The notes: generated by a model not told the origin, from the sequence alone. A stretch of DNA of 59,656 bases from Candidatus Palauibacter denitrificans (GCA_009841015.1 VXMQ01000089.1:1-59656); one strand, 5' to 3'; counted from the first letter of the stretch, positions 10,661-21,300 are shown. Translations and numbers: made by a program.

Positions 10661-11854
10661 GTGCTTGATGCTCCAGGACGTGGCGTTTCGGGCGCGAGGT
10701 TCTCCCGTGGAGTGCGTTTGGTGCTCCCGCTGCTGGCTTCCGCTTCCGGCGGGGTGGCGCAGGAGGAGATCGCAATCCCGGATGATCCGGCCCCGCCCTG
10801 CGTGATCGAACTCATGCCCGCCGGCCCCGAGCTCGGCGGAGGGGCCGTGGCGGCGTTGGATGACACCTGGCCATCCTACGTTCCCGAGATCGAACTTCTG
10901 CCCGAGGGTCGCATCGCGATGGCAGAGAGTTTTTCCGACCGCTTCTTCGTGGCGTCTCGGGACGGCTCGGGCGGCCACTGGGTGGGACGCGGCGGCGAGG
11001 GGCCGGGCGAATACAGCTTCGTCCGGTGGGTGATGCCGGCGGGGGAGCGCCTGCACGTATTCGATCCCATGCTGATGCGCCGAACCGTGCTGGACGCGAC
11101 GACCTTCGATGTCGTGCATACCAATCCCTTGGAACCGATCCAGTTTCTCGGCGACGCGCAGATGCTGGACGACTCTTCCTACGTGATCAACGGAGCGATA
11201 TACACGAGGGACCGCGCCGGGTACGTCCTCCACCTGTTCAACGGGGAGGGCGAAGTGGTCCGCTCGTTCGACGAAATACCGGTCGCGATACCCGGCGAGG
11301 AGCCGATCCGCGGCGACAGGCGATTGCTCGCACCGGCTCGGGGTGGCGGTGTATGGTCGGGCTGGGGATCGGAATACCGGCTCGATCTGTGGGACGCGGC
11401 CTCGGGGACCCGACGGCGCTCGCTGGTTCGGAATGCGTCCTGGTTCCGCCCTCACAACGGATGGGGAGGGGAGTGGCATCCGGACCGTCCCGATAATCCG
11501 GTAATCGCCGACATCATGGAGGACTCGGAGGACCGGTTATGGGTGCTCGTTCTGGTGGCATCCGACCGGTGGTCGGAGTGCTGGGTGCGGGAGCCGCCGT
11601 CCGTGCACCCCGAGGCTCCCGAGTACACGCCGCGTCCGGGTTGCCCACGCTTCGCGAGACGGCTCGAAGTGCTTGATCCCGAAACCGGGCGCGTTCTCGC
11701 GGCGCAGACCCTTCCGCCCGACCTCTGGCTGCGGAGGCTCACCGGAGGAGAGGCATTCTCGGTGGTGGAAGACGAATTCGGTTTTGCCACCGTGCGGCAG
11801 TGGCGACCGGCTCTGCGGCCGGCGAACGATTCACAAGGAGAGGGACAATGCTGA
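10661..11854 (+). CDS. Secreted 6-bladed beta-propeller protein
   Basis: Signal peptide-like N-terminus; GRGGEGPGEY, MEDSEDRLWV, LEVLDPETGRVLA motifs; strong RBS (aggagg). Confidence 0.72.
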   Translation: MLDAPGRGVSGARFSRGVRLVLPLLASASGGVAQEEIAIPDDPAPPCVIELMPAGPELGGGAVAALDDTWPSYVPEIELLPEGRIAMAESFSDRFFVASRDGSGGHWVGRGGEGPGEYSFVRWVMPAGERLHVFDPMLMRRTVLDATTFDVVHTNPLEPIQFLGDAQMLDDSSYVINGAIYTRDRAGYVLHLFNGEGEVVRSFDEIPVAIPGEEPIRGDRRLLAPARGGGVWSGWGSEYRLDLWDAASGTRRRSLVRNASWFRPHNGWGGEWHPDRPDNPVIADIMEDSEDRLWVLVLVASDRWSECWVREPPSVHPEAPEYTPRPGCPRFARRLEVLDPETGRVLAAQTLPPDLWLRRLTGGEAFSVVEDEFGFATVRQWRPALRPANDSQGEGQC

Positions 11855-12948
11855 GAGAGTCAGGGAGGTTCGCGGGAAGCCTCGCGTGGATTCTCGCGAT
11901 TGCGGTCGCGTGGACCGCATCCGGTCCGAGTCGGGCCGAAGCGCAAGATTGCGTGACCTGCGCCAACGGGCGGGTTGAGGACCAGTCTGGCCACACAGCA
12001 AAGGGAGTCCGCTCGTTTGTCGATTCTGTCGATCCCGGGTTCAGCGGGAAGCGGCAACCGGCTTCCGTGGTTTCGCTTCCGATAGAAGCCGACCGGCTCT
12101 GGGAGGAAATCTGCGGTGACGCCGCGCTCCCCCGAGACGGGCCGGGCGAGTTCCGAATGCTGCGCGCACTCGCTGCTGCAAACGGCGGCGTGTTGATGGC
12201 GGGCCTTACGCGGGTGGACCGAAGGGACCGGGAGGGCGGCTTGGTGTGGTCGTGGCGTCCGGGCGGCGAGGTGGTGGCGGATGTTTGCGTCTTCCAAGAC
12301 GGCGCGGCAGTCCCGGCCCCGGGGGGCCGGGCCGTGGTCCGCGGTCCCGATGGCTCGGCACTCGGCCTCGGGAGCCCCGATGCTCCGCACCCCACTTCGG
12401 CGAACGACTACGAGACGGCCGTTCGGCTGGCCGGGGAGCTGGATAGTTCGAACATCGCCTGCATCGGAGATGTGGCATACGTCCAGGCCGGCAACACGAT
12501 CTCGGGACACACGCTGGACGGCCGGACGTTCACCGTATCGATTCCGGGAGAGTTTCAGGAGGCCGCGCGACGGCGCCGAGAACCGGCCCCCTCGGGAGAT
12601 CGCGGGTACGCCGCTTGGTACGCGGACTTGGCGCATGACGGCGGGGGGCGCCTGGTGCTCACGATGCCCCACTGGCGCCTCGACGACATCGAAGCGGTCG
12701 GTTCGGTGATCGATCCGCGGTCTGGCTGTTATTCGCTGGTCGTCGAACCCGGAGGTGCCGGTGGCGTGAAGATGTCCCGCCAGTTCATGGGCGTGTACCG
12801 CGACAGCGCGGTCGTGTACTACCGCGGCCAAAGCGCGCGCACCGTGCGTGGACGCGAGGTGACCGTGATCGACCCAGAGGCGTTCATGATCGCACTCAGA
12901 CCCCTGCGGCGCGCGGGCGGTACTCCGTGCGAGGGCGGGGGACATTAG
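11848..12948 (+). CDS. Secreted hypothetical protein, divergent beta-propeller-like
   Basis: Signal peptide ending AEA-Q; N-terminal CVTC; DGPGEF motif; overlaps the upstream stop. Confidence 0.6.
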   Translation: MLRESGRFAGSLAWILAIAVAWTASGPSRAEAQDCVTCANGRVEDQSGHTAKGVRSFVDSVDPGFSGKRQPASVVSLPIEADRLWEEICGDAALPRDGPGEFRMLRALAAANGGVLMAGLTRVDRRDREGGLVWSWRPGGEVVADVCVFQDGAAVPAPGGRAVVRGPDGSALGLGSPDAPHPTSANDYETAVRLAGELDSSNIACIGDVAYVQAGNTISGHTLDGRTFTVSIPGEFQEAARRRREPAPSGDRGYAAWYADLAHDGGGRLVLTMPHWRLDDIEAVGSVIDPRSGCYSLVVEPGGAGGVKMSRQFMGVYRDSAVVYYRGQSARTVRGREVTVIDPEAFMIALRPLRRAGGTPCEGGGH

Positions 12949-13074
12949 GGACTCGTAGCGTTCGCCTGTGGATTCCCGTCTTGTCGTGGTGCATGGCCGG
13001 TTCGGTTACCCGGCGGCCGGCGGACCCTTCGGGGTACGAGCAGGTGCCGTTGCCGGACTCGCGGGTCCTGGGCG

Positions 13075-13272
13075 GTGGCAGGCATCTCTACCTTCTTCTG
13101 TCCCCCGGAGGACGACCGACGTCCAGGCGTGGATTGCGATGAGAACTCCGGCTCCACGAGCGCCGGCCCCCCCTCGAACGTCTGCGATCTTCTCGAGGCC
13201 CTCTGCGCTTCGTGCGCCACGAATCCGGCAGGTTGCCTTGTCTGTCCGAGCCTGAGGTATTGTGGGGGGTAG
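13075..13272 (+). CDS. Cys-rich small ORF (8 Cys in 65 aa) or 3' remnant of a frameshifted gene
   Basis: ORF track; CxxC pairs CASC and CLVC, ends CGG; weak GTG start with no clear RBS. Confidence 0.35.
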   Translation: MAGISTFFCPPEDDRRPGVDCDENSGSTSAGPPSNVCDLLEALCASCATNPAGCLVCPSLRYCGG

Positions 13273-13328
13273 CACTCACGTAGCCTCTCAACAACTTCGA
13301 GAACGACACGTAAGTTCCATCTGAGAGC

Positions 13329-13374
13329 ACAACGCCCCCGGCCCTCCCCAGTCGGAGAAACCGGGGGCGTTGTT
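13329..13374. terminator. GC-rich hairpin between convergent ORFs
   Basis: acaacgcccccgg ... ccgggggcgttgt 13-bp inverted repeat directly after the katG stop. Confidence 0.7.
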
Positions 13375-14079
<705 letters not shown>

Positions 14080-14170
14080 CGGTGGCGTTATGTAACGTAA
14101 CATGGTATAATACAACATGTTATGATCACGTTCGGTGGCCGCTGATCACCCCTGCAATCACCCTTTCCAC
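14080..14170. mobile_element. att-like end of an integrative element (junction 1)
   Basis: AT-rich CGTAA-N19-TTATG box (14096-14124) followed by ATCACCC direct repeats (14145, 14157); layout resembles 21004-21085. Confidence 0.5.
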
Positions 14171-14371
14171 GCCGGGTAGCGGAATCCATGGACCGCCGCC
14201 GATCCCCCGTTTCCCGTTCCGTCGTCCCGTGAAACCCTGTCTCATCCGATAAGGTCTCCCGCGAAGGACGCGGCTCGGCTCGTGGCGATGCTGAGTTGAC
14301 GCGGAGGCCGCCTCGTCAAGCTATCATAACGGGGTAGAGGACATGGCCACACCGCGGGCGAGGAGAACAGA

Positions 14372-14677
14372 ATGACGAAAGCCGATCTCGTTGAGCAGGC
14401 CGCCGATGCGCTCCGAGGGCGAGTCACCAAGAGGGATTGCGGGCTGGTGGTCGATGCCTTCCTCGACGCCGTGAAGGACACGCTGGTGGGTGGCGACAAC
14501 ATCGAGATCCGGGGCTTCGGCACCTTCAAGGTGCGGCACCGCAAGGCACGCACGGCCCGCAACCCCAGAACGGGCGAGGCGGTGGCGGTTCCACCGCGTG
14601 TTGCGCCGGTCTTCAAGCCATCGAATCACTTCAGCAGCCGGGTGGGCCGTGGCGCTGGCGGATCAGGTACGGAGTAG
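14372..14677 (+). CDS. HU/IHF family DNA-binding protein
   Basis: MTKADLVE, IEIRGFGTF, ARNPRTGE, PVFKPS signature. Confidence 0.95.
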   Translation: MTKADLVEQAADALRGRVTKRDCGLVVDAFLDAVKDTLVGGDNIEIRGFGTFKVRHRKARTARNPRTGEAVAVPPRVAPVFKPSNHFSSRVGRGAGGSGTE

Positions 14678-14766
14678 CCCCACGGGTCGCCGGCGAGCCG
14701 TTGCTTTGCGTCCGGAGGGCTACGAAGCGGCCCTCCGGTTTCTCCGCCGTCGAGACGGCGTTGCCG

Positions 14767-14799
14767 CTGGCTTGACGCAGGCTAAGGGCGTCAAGCCAG
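14767..14799. repeat. Perfect 12-bp inverted repeat (hairpin or operator)
   Basis: ctggcttgacgc-N9-gcgtcaagccag. Confidence 0.7.
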
Positions 14800-14932
14800 A
14801 ATACCCCGTGTAGGACACCGGGCTGGCGAGGGGCTTGCCCCTTCGATCCCCTACACGTCTCGCGCCAGTGCGCGTAAGGATCGCGGGCGAGGGGTTCGCC
14901 GCATTCCACAGCGAGGGCGGCCCAGGCCAGCG

Positions 14933-16189
14933 TCAGCCTGCCTGCCCGCAGCCCCGGCGCACTTCCCACCGAGCGATGTAGGGCACGTCAAACGCGCCCC
15001 GGATCTGGACCCAGACCTCGTTCCGGCTGGCTTGGAGGATGTATGGCACATAGCCATCCGGCTGCCTCTCGATTCGTACGCTTCCCTCCAGATTGCCCTG
15101 TTCGTCGTAGATCTCCCATGTCGCGGCGCGAGGCAGAGTCTCGCGCCGGAGCCAGATCGAACCGTCGCTTCCGGCCACGATCCTTCCAACTGGGGGGTGT
15201 GTCTCGGGAAAGGTGATCGACTCCCGCGCGATCCGCCTCCGGCGTTCCGCGTCCCGAATGCCCCACGGGGGTCTGAGCCGCTCGGGCGTGAGGTCTCCGG
15301 CGATGCGAGCGGCGAACCGCTCCCGAATCGTTTCACGTTCTTCCCTTGTCACCGGCTGCGGCACGTAGGGCACGGCTCTGCGGAGCGTCGTGTCACCGGC
15401 AATGCCGATCCTGAGCAGGTCGAACGTCGGGTGTTCGTCCTCGGGGCGCACCTCCCCGATGAAGACCACCGCCGACCCATCGGCCACGGCGACCACGGGA
15501 AGCCAGGATTCGTGATCGGCGGGCATCAAAGGGTGCGAGGTCATCAAGCCGAAGCCCCGGTCGTCCGTTTCCCTTTGGATCGCATGGTCGGCGAGGTGGC
15601 GCTCGACCATCGCGATGGTGTCCACGATCTCGCCGGAGGCGGACAACCTCCGCAGGGGTGCCTGCCGGGAGAGCATGAACCGCTCCTCCTGTTGGTTGAC
15701 CGTTCGGTAGGGCAGGAACGTGCCGTCGGCGAGCGGCGTGCCGGGCGCGAACGCCGACCCCTCCGCCGGCATCGGTATCTTGAAGCTGACTTGGCGGACG
15801 GACGTGCCGTCCGCGAGGAAGAACTGTGTCGTGAACCGGTCGCTCACCCACAGCGTATCCGCCCGCCAGCCCATCCTTCGCGGATCGGACCCGAACTCGC
15901 CGGGTCCGCCGCCAGCGCGCCCGATCCGACCTGCCGGACGTCCATCGAGCTCGAATACGGTAACGGAGTATTCCCAAGCCTGAATCAGGTAGATCCGGCC
16001 ATCCGGTCCGGTGTTCATGGCCCGTAGCGGACTCAGGGCGTCCTCGCCGTCCACGGACCCCAGCCGCAGGGTCTCCACGAGTTGCCACGGGGCGTCGCAA
16101 GCCGGCTGCTGCGCGGCCGCGATGGCCGGTAAAAACACGATCGCGCCGATTGCCGCGAAGACGCGGACCGACGACAAGGATCCTGACAC
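14933..16189 (-). CDS. Secreted 6-bladed beta-propeller protein
   Basis: Signal peptide ending AAA-QQ; GPDGRIYL, IGRAGGGPGEF, DTLWVSD, GSDGSIWL motifs. Confidence 0.78.
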   Translation of the reverse strand: MSGSLSSVRVFAAIGAIVFLPAIAAAQQPACDAPWQLVETLRLGSVDGEDALSPLRAMNTGPDGRIYLIQAWEYSVTVFELDGRPAGRIGRAGGGPGEFGSDPRRMGWRADTLWVSDRFTTQFFLADGTSVRQVSFKIPMPAEGSAFAPGTPLADGTFLPYRTVNQQEERFMLSRQAPLRRLSASGEIVDTIAMVERHLADHAIQRETDDRGFGLMTSHPLMPADHESWLPVVAVADGSAVVFIGEVRPEDEHPTFDLLRIGIAGDTTLRRAVPYVPQPVTREERETIRERFAARIAGDLTPERLRPPWGIRDAERRRRIARESITFPETHPPVGRIVAGSDGSIWLRRETLPRAATWEIYDEQGNLEGSVRIERQPDGYVPYILQASRNEVWVQIRGAFDVPYIARWEVRRGCGQAG

Positions 16190-16573
16190 TACCGTATCTC
16201 CGTTTGGATGCGACGAACTCCAATCCGTGCGACACCCGTTTCGTCAGACTGCCTACCGAGTCTCTTGCAATGTGGAGGCGACGGTTCAAGGGCTCAACAT
16301 CAGCGTCTTCTGGGACGATGCCGGCCTTCTCGCGTTGCGAAACGACAACCTCCGACTTCTGGCTCGCCTCGCTCGGCTTCGCGCGGGGGGCGAGACACCC
16401 GAGACCCAGCACCTGATCGCTCTGTCCGGCGTTTGGCTCGGGTCGGCCAACGACCACACCCGTCCGGCTTCCCCGCGAAAGGGCTGGCGGCACGGCTCCG
16501 AGCCGGAGGCTCCGGAACGGGATGCCGCAGCCCATCCCGTTCCCTATTCGGACGGCCCGACAGACGGGGGATC

Positions 16574-16699
16574 CGAAGGGGGCGAAGCGCCCCTTCGACA
16601 GCCGCGACGTTCAACGTCGCGTCGGCTGGCTCACGCACCTTAAGAGCGTAAGCCAGCCCTCGGCGGAGCCGCCGAAAACGCTCTCCGGGCATCGCCCGG
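16574..16699. other. Cluster of five consecutive inverted repeats
   Basis: Hairpins at 16574-16597, 16603-16621, 16624-16658, 16660-16675 and 16685-16699. Confidence 0.65.
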
Positions 16700-16886
16700 C
16701 CCAACCCCTTCCGCGATTCCGCGGACGAACTTCGGAGCCTCTCGGTCGGCAGATTCGCGGACGGCGGGGACGAAGGCTAGGACCTTACCCCCGGACCGGC
16801 CGTGCGAAGGGCTTGGAACACGTCGTATCCGGAGGCGGGACTTACATACCTGGGTTGAGGCAGCGAGCGATCGGGAGGGTGCATCG

Positions 16887-17846
16887 ATGCAAGTCAAAGG
16901 GTTGAGCCTGTTGGAGTTGGCGGAGAAGTTCCCGACGGAAGCGGCGGCACGGAGGTGGTTCGAGCAGATCGTGTGGCCGGACGGGAACCGGCACTGCCCC
17001 CGGTGCGGGAGTCTGGGGACTTACCGTTGCAGGCACGCGAAGATGCCGTACCGGTGCCGGGACTGCGGGAAGTACTTCTCGGTCAAGACGGGGACGCCGA
17101 TGGCGGGCTCCCCGCTCCCCTTGAGGAAATGGGCCTACGCGATCCACCTGAACATGAGCAGCCCGAAGGGGGTGGCGTCGACGAAGCTCGCGCACGACAT
17201 CGGGGTGACGCAGAAGACGGCGTGGTTCATGCAGCACCGGATCCGGCAGATCTTCGTCCGGGACCGCCCGGCGCGGTTCGAGGGGCCGGTGGAGGTGGAC
17301 GAGGCGTACATCGGGGGGAAGGAACACAACAAGCACGTGGACAAGCGGCTTCGCGAGGCGGGCTGGGCGGCGGGGAAGATCCCGGTGGTGGGGCTCAAGG
17401 ACCGTGCCACGAACAGGGTGTCGGCCTACGTGGTGGGAAGCACGGATGCGAGGACGCTATGGCGGATCGTCACCGCGCACGCGGGGCCGGGCTCGGTGAT
17501 CTACACCGACGAGTACCCGACGTACAGACGGCTGGCGCCGAGCTACCGGCACGGAGCGGCGAAGCACTCTGCGGGGGAGTGGGTGCGGGGCGACGCCCAC
17601 ACCAACGGCATGGAGAGCTTCTGGGCGATGCTCAAGCGGGCGTACATGGGGACGTTCCACGTGCTGAGCCGGAAGCATCTTCAGCGGTACGTGGACGAAC
17701 TGGCGGGCAAGCACAACCTCCGGGCGCTCGGGACCATGGAGAGGATGCGGGAGGTCGTGGTTCACATGGCGGGCAAGCGCCTCACCTATCGGGATCTGGT
17801 GTACGGCCGGGGCGCGGCCCGCTACCCCGCCGTGCCCTACGCATGA
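16887..17846 (+). mobile_element. IS1595 family transposase
   Basis: Zn ribbon CPRC...CRDC, HTH (LAHDIGVTQKTAWFM), DDE motifs VEVDEAYIGG, IYTDEY, HTNGMESFW, KHLQRYVDE. Confidence 0.95.
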
Positions 17847-18009
17847 TCCGCTCGCGCACTTCGGGGTCCGTGGGCGTGAGGAGGATGCGGACCACCTCCG
17901 AGAAGCGAAGTCCCCGGTAGAACGGGTTCACGGCAACCGGGTCGAACTCCTCTTTCGGGTCCGGCGGGCGTTCGGCTGCGGGAGGGCGGTCGGATTCAGG
18001 CTTCGTCAT
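17782..18009 (-). CDS. Small hypothetical protein convergent with and overlapping the transposase 3' end
   Basis: ORF track, 75 aa, RBS-like aaggtgaga upstream. Confidence 0.45.
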   Translation of the reverse strand: MTKPESDRPPAAERPPDPKEEFDPVAVNPFYRGLRFSEVVRILLTPTDPEVRERIMRRARRGSGPRPGRTPDPDR

Positions 18010-18034
18010 GGCTGGTTCTCACCTTGGAGACGCA

Positions 18035-18064
18035 GAGGGCCCTGCGATCTTCCGCAGGGCCCTC
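18035..18064 (-). terminator. Rho-independent terminator-like hairpin of the surface protein gene
   Basis: gagggccctgcg-atcttc-cgcagggccctc, 12-bp perfect stem, ~55 bp after the stop. Confidence 0.7.
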
Positions 18065-18117
18065 CGAACTGCTCCCGTTCGACACCGCCAAGGGATCAGC
18101 GGTGCCACCGGATTGGT

Positions 18118-21003
18118 TTAGCTGGATGCCTCCTTGATCGTGATCGTGGCGGGCACCTGGTCGGGGGCACCGCTGCCACCTCCAACCATGATCGTTCCAG
18201 AACTGACGCTGGAACCCGATGCATCCACCTCGGCATCAGCCGTTCCCGACGTGTCGCCAGGATCGATGGTGACATCAACAGAGGCAACGGTGATTCCGGT
18301 CGCTGCGGCACCCGTGCCATCCGTGAATGCCACCGTAACGGTTCGCGCACTTCCGTCCGATGGGACCGCGTTGGCCAGCGTCGCCGTGATGGTGACCGTA
18401 GTGGCAGCATCGCCCACCGATATGTCATGGCTGGCCACCATCAGCAGCACGTCGTTGTCCTGCACGGTTACGGGAACGCTGCTGCCGCTTATGCCGTCAA
18501 AACCCCCGCCGGCAGCGCGGTGCGTCAGCGTCACCATGTCGTCCATGGCATCCTCGGGATCGTCGTCGTCCCGGGCGTCCTCGCCGGCGTTCACCGTGAC
18601 GGTCTGTACGGCGTTCCACAACGTTGCTGTCGCGGCACCGGGGTCGCCGCCGCCGTCAGTGAAGGCGTCGAGTGCAGCCTGCGTCCCCGCGAACACGAAC
18701 GTGCTGTCGTTGGTCGTTACGTTTCCGTCTTGACCGCCGACCGTGACCGTCGTCAGACCTGCCGGCTGCGCATCGAGTACGATGGTGTAGGTGCCGGTGG
18801 CCTCTTCGGCGATCATCAGTGCACCGTTGGCCAAGGTGGCGCCCGCAGCTCCAACCTCAGCGGCGAGGGTCATGCCGAGACCCCAGTCGATGGTGAAGAA
18901 ACCAGCCGTGTAACCGGCAGTGTTGGCTCCCTCATCGTCACCGTTGGCGTCAACGGCCACGTCCGACACATTGAGGCGGAAGCAAAGGTTTTCCGAGCTT
19001 CCAGCGGCCTTGCGGATGGTGAAGGACTCCTCGAAATCGATGCTCTTCGTATCGTTCTCGACATCCTTCGCACGGACGCGTGGCGACGTTCCGACCGTCA
19101 GGTTCGTGTCCCCGCTGTCATCGGGGCCGCAGATGGCCTGCGAGCCCCCGTTGGACCACACGCTAAGCAGCGCCTCGTTGATCACGTTTGCGTCCCTGAT
19201 CGAGCCGCTGACCGTCACCGTGACGCGGTCGGACGATCCGGCACTCACCGCACCGGGACCAGAGCCCGCAGTGAACGTGGGCGCCTTCGTGTCGCGAGTG
19301 AAGTTGAAGAATGCCGCAGCCCAGTTCGTCGGGAGAGCCCCGTCGCCGACGAGTACGCGCACGGCATGCGATCCCTCGCCCAAATCGGAGATGTTGGCCG
19401 TGACGTCTCCACCGCTGCGCGTCGCAAGGACCACCTCGGAACGATACCTCCCGCTCCGGTACCGCTGGCCGACGACGAGACCCAGACCGCTGGCATCCTC
19501 GCCCGTCTCGAGTTCCGGATCCTCGGCTTCGAACGTGACCGCGTCCACGCCCAAGACGACTTCCTCGTCCGGATTGAGGCGACTGACCTCCGGCGTCGTG
19601 CGGTCGACACCGAACTCACCGCCCGACTGTACCCTTGCGGTGCTGCCGCCGAGCCAGGTCGAGTTGCCGATCGCGTCCACCAGCGCCTGCAACTCGGCGA
19701 CGTAGCAGTCGAGGCCGCCATCGTCGCTCAGTTCGCCCTTCGAGTCATCCTCGGGCAGCTCGCTGATGTTCCGCACGTCGTCCATTCCGTCACCGGGCAC
19801 GAACGCGGTGCCCCGGGAGGCACCGTCCGTATTGGCCGTGACCGAGCAGTCGCCCACCGCGATGGTCTCGTTGACGCCACCCACGCCCATCTCGACGACG
19901 TTCGATACGACCAGACGCGCCGGTGTCGAACTCGAACCATCCGAGAAATACATCCCGTCAGATATGTTCTGGTTCCTGCGACCCTGGCCGTCACCGTAGT
20001 TGGCGCTGACGACGATCTGGGAAGTCCCATCCTGATTGATGCGCGGGGCCCGGAAGTCGAACTGGAACGGACCGGCCTTGGCCGTCTCGTCTCCTCTGAA
20101 CTCGCCGGTCACGTCGAGCCCCTCGGCGTTCTTGATGAGACCGAGGTTCTCGATCCAGTACTCCGTCTCGCCCGGCACGTTCTCGACCGCACCGTTGCCC
20201 GTCCACGAGGCCGTGCCGATCGACCACGTGAACGGCGCCTCGTCGTCGACCGGGAAGTGCGGGGCACCATTGGCCCTGCGGAAACTCAGGCCTCCGGAAC
20301 CGAAAGCAGGCTGCGGATCCGTCGCCACCGGCGGCCGCGCCGTGTTCGTGTGGATCGTCCCGAGCTGCATCTCACCGACCATCGTGCCCGTGTAGGACAC
20401 CGGGCAGGCGTGGAAGCTGTTCACGTTGCCCTCGACAGGACGCCCGCCGTAGAACGTGAGACCCTTGGTGGTCTCCGACACCACGGACATCTCGCCCGCC
20501 TCGTGGGCGATCATCACGAACCCCGAGTTCTTCAGCGTGATCGGCTGCGTCGCCACCACGCTCCGGGTCTTACCCTCGTCCGTCGTCACGAATGCGCCCA
20601 GGGCGTAGTCGCCGTTGGCGTACCTGGGCATGAGCTGCATACCCATGCACTCGCCTTCAACGGCGTTGGTGTCGAGGAAGCAGTCCACCTCGATCTGCCC
20701 GCCCGACGACGCGAGACCGGTCGCCGGGTCCGCGTCGGCCGAGGAGCCGCGGCACTGGATCGTCTCATCGCCCAGCATGAGCGCGATCCCCGTCACCGTC
20801 TCGTCGTTGGGCTGCACGTCGAGGATGACTGAGATGTCGCCCGACACGTTCGTCGGGTTGATGGACAGCGACCGGTCCTCGACGCTCCGGAGGCCGAAGA
20901 TCGCGACCGTGGCCTCTCTGAGGCCCGACTGGCCCACCGTGACGTTGAACCCTTGGTTGGCCTGGAGACCGACCGGGTCTGCCGCCGTGATAGTGACAAC
21001 GGC
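18118..21003 (-). pseudogene. Large acidic Gly/Thr/Asp-rich surface (S-layer/Ig-like) protein, 5'-truncated
   Basis: Open frame continues upstream of the GTG at 20937 as AVVTITAADPVGLQANQGFNVTV (tail of an Ig-like module) up to an in-frame TAA inside an AT-rich junction; no signal peptide; beta-rich DxTxP modules. Confidence 0.7.
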
Positions 21004-21085
21004 TTACAGCTCATAAGTAGCTTGTTTATAAATCTGTTACGGATTGCGAAATCGTTGATGTTACCTCATTCCAACCCTCAATCAC
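21004..21085. mobile_element. att-like end downstream of the integrase (junction 2)
   Basis: CATAA-N20-TTACG box (21012-21041) and ACCTCA/ACCCTCA direct repeats; abrupt GC drop at the truncation point. Confidence 0.55.
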
Positions 21086-21090
21086 GATTC

Positions 21091-21300
21091 CGGTCGTCGG
21101 CCCAGGCAGGCGGCCCCGTCGTTCATGAGGCGGCGGTGGCGCTCGACCGGGTCCGTGCGCCGATATGCGGGCTTTCGCCCTTGTTATGCACGACGTACGC
21201 GGTCGTCGGCCAGGTAGGCGGCCCAGTCGTTCATGAGGTGGCGCCGGCGCTCGAACAGGTCCGTGCGCCGGTAGGCCGCCTCGACCTTGTTTTGCACGAC
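21091..21300. repeat. Diverged tandem duplication (~100 bp) of the integrase 3' end
   Basis: 21091-21194 aligns with 21200-21300 (ggtcgtcggc...gttcatgagg...gtccgtgcgccg...gcacgac) with substitutions and small indels. Confidence 0.88.

Noticed and set aside
16011-16643. Plus-strand ORF between the propeller gene and IS1595
   Set aside because: Overlaps the propeller gene start, no recognisable motif or RBS; may hold a gene relic but cannot be supported.
21091-21300. Possible DGR template/variable repeat pair
   Set aside because: Differences are not confined to adenines, include indels, and there is no reverse transcriptase in the window.
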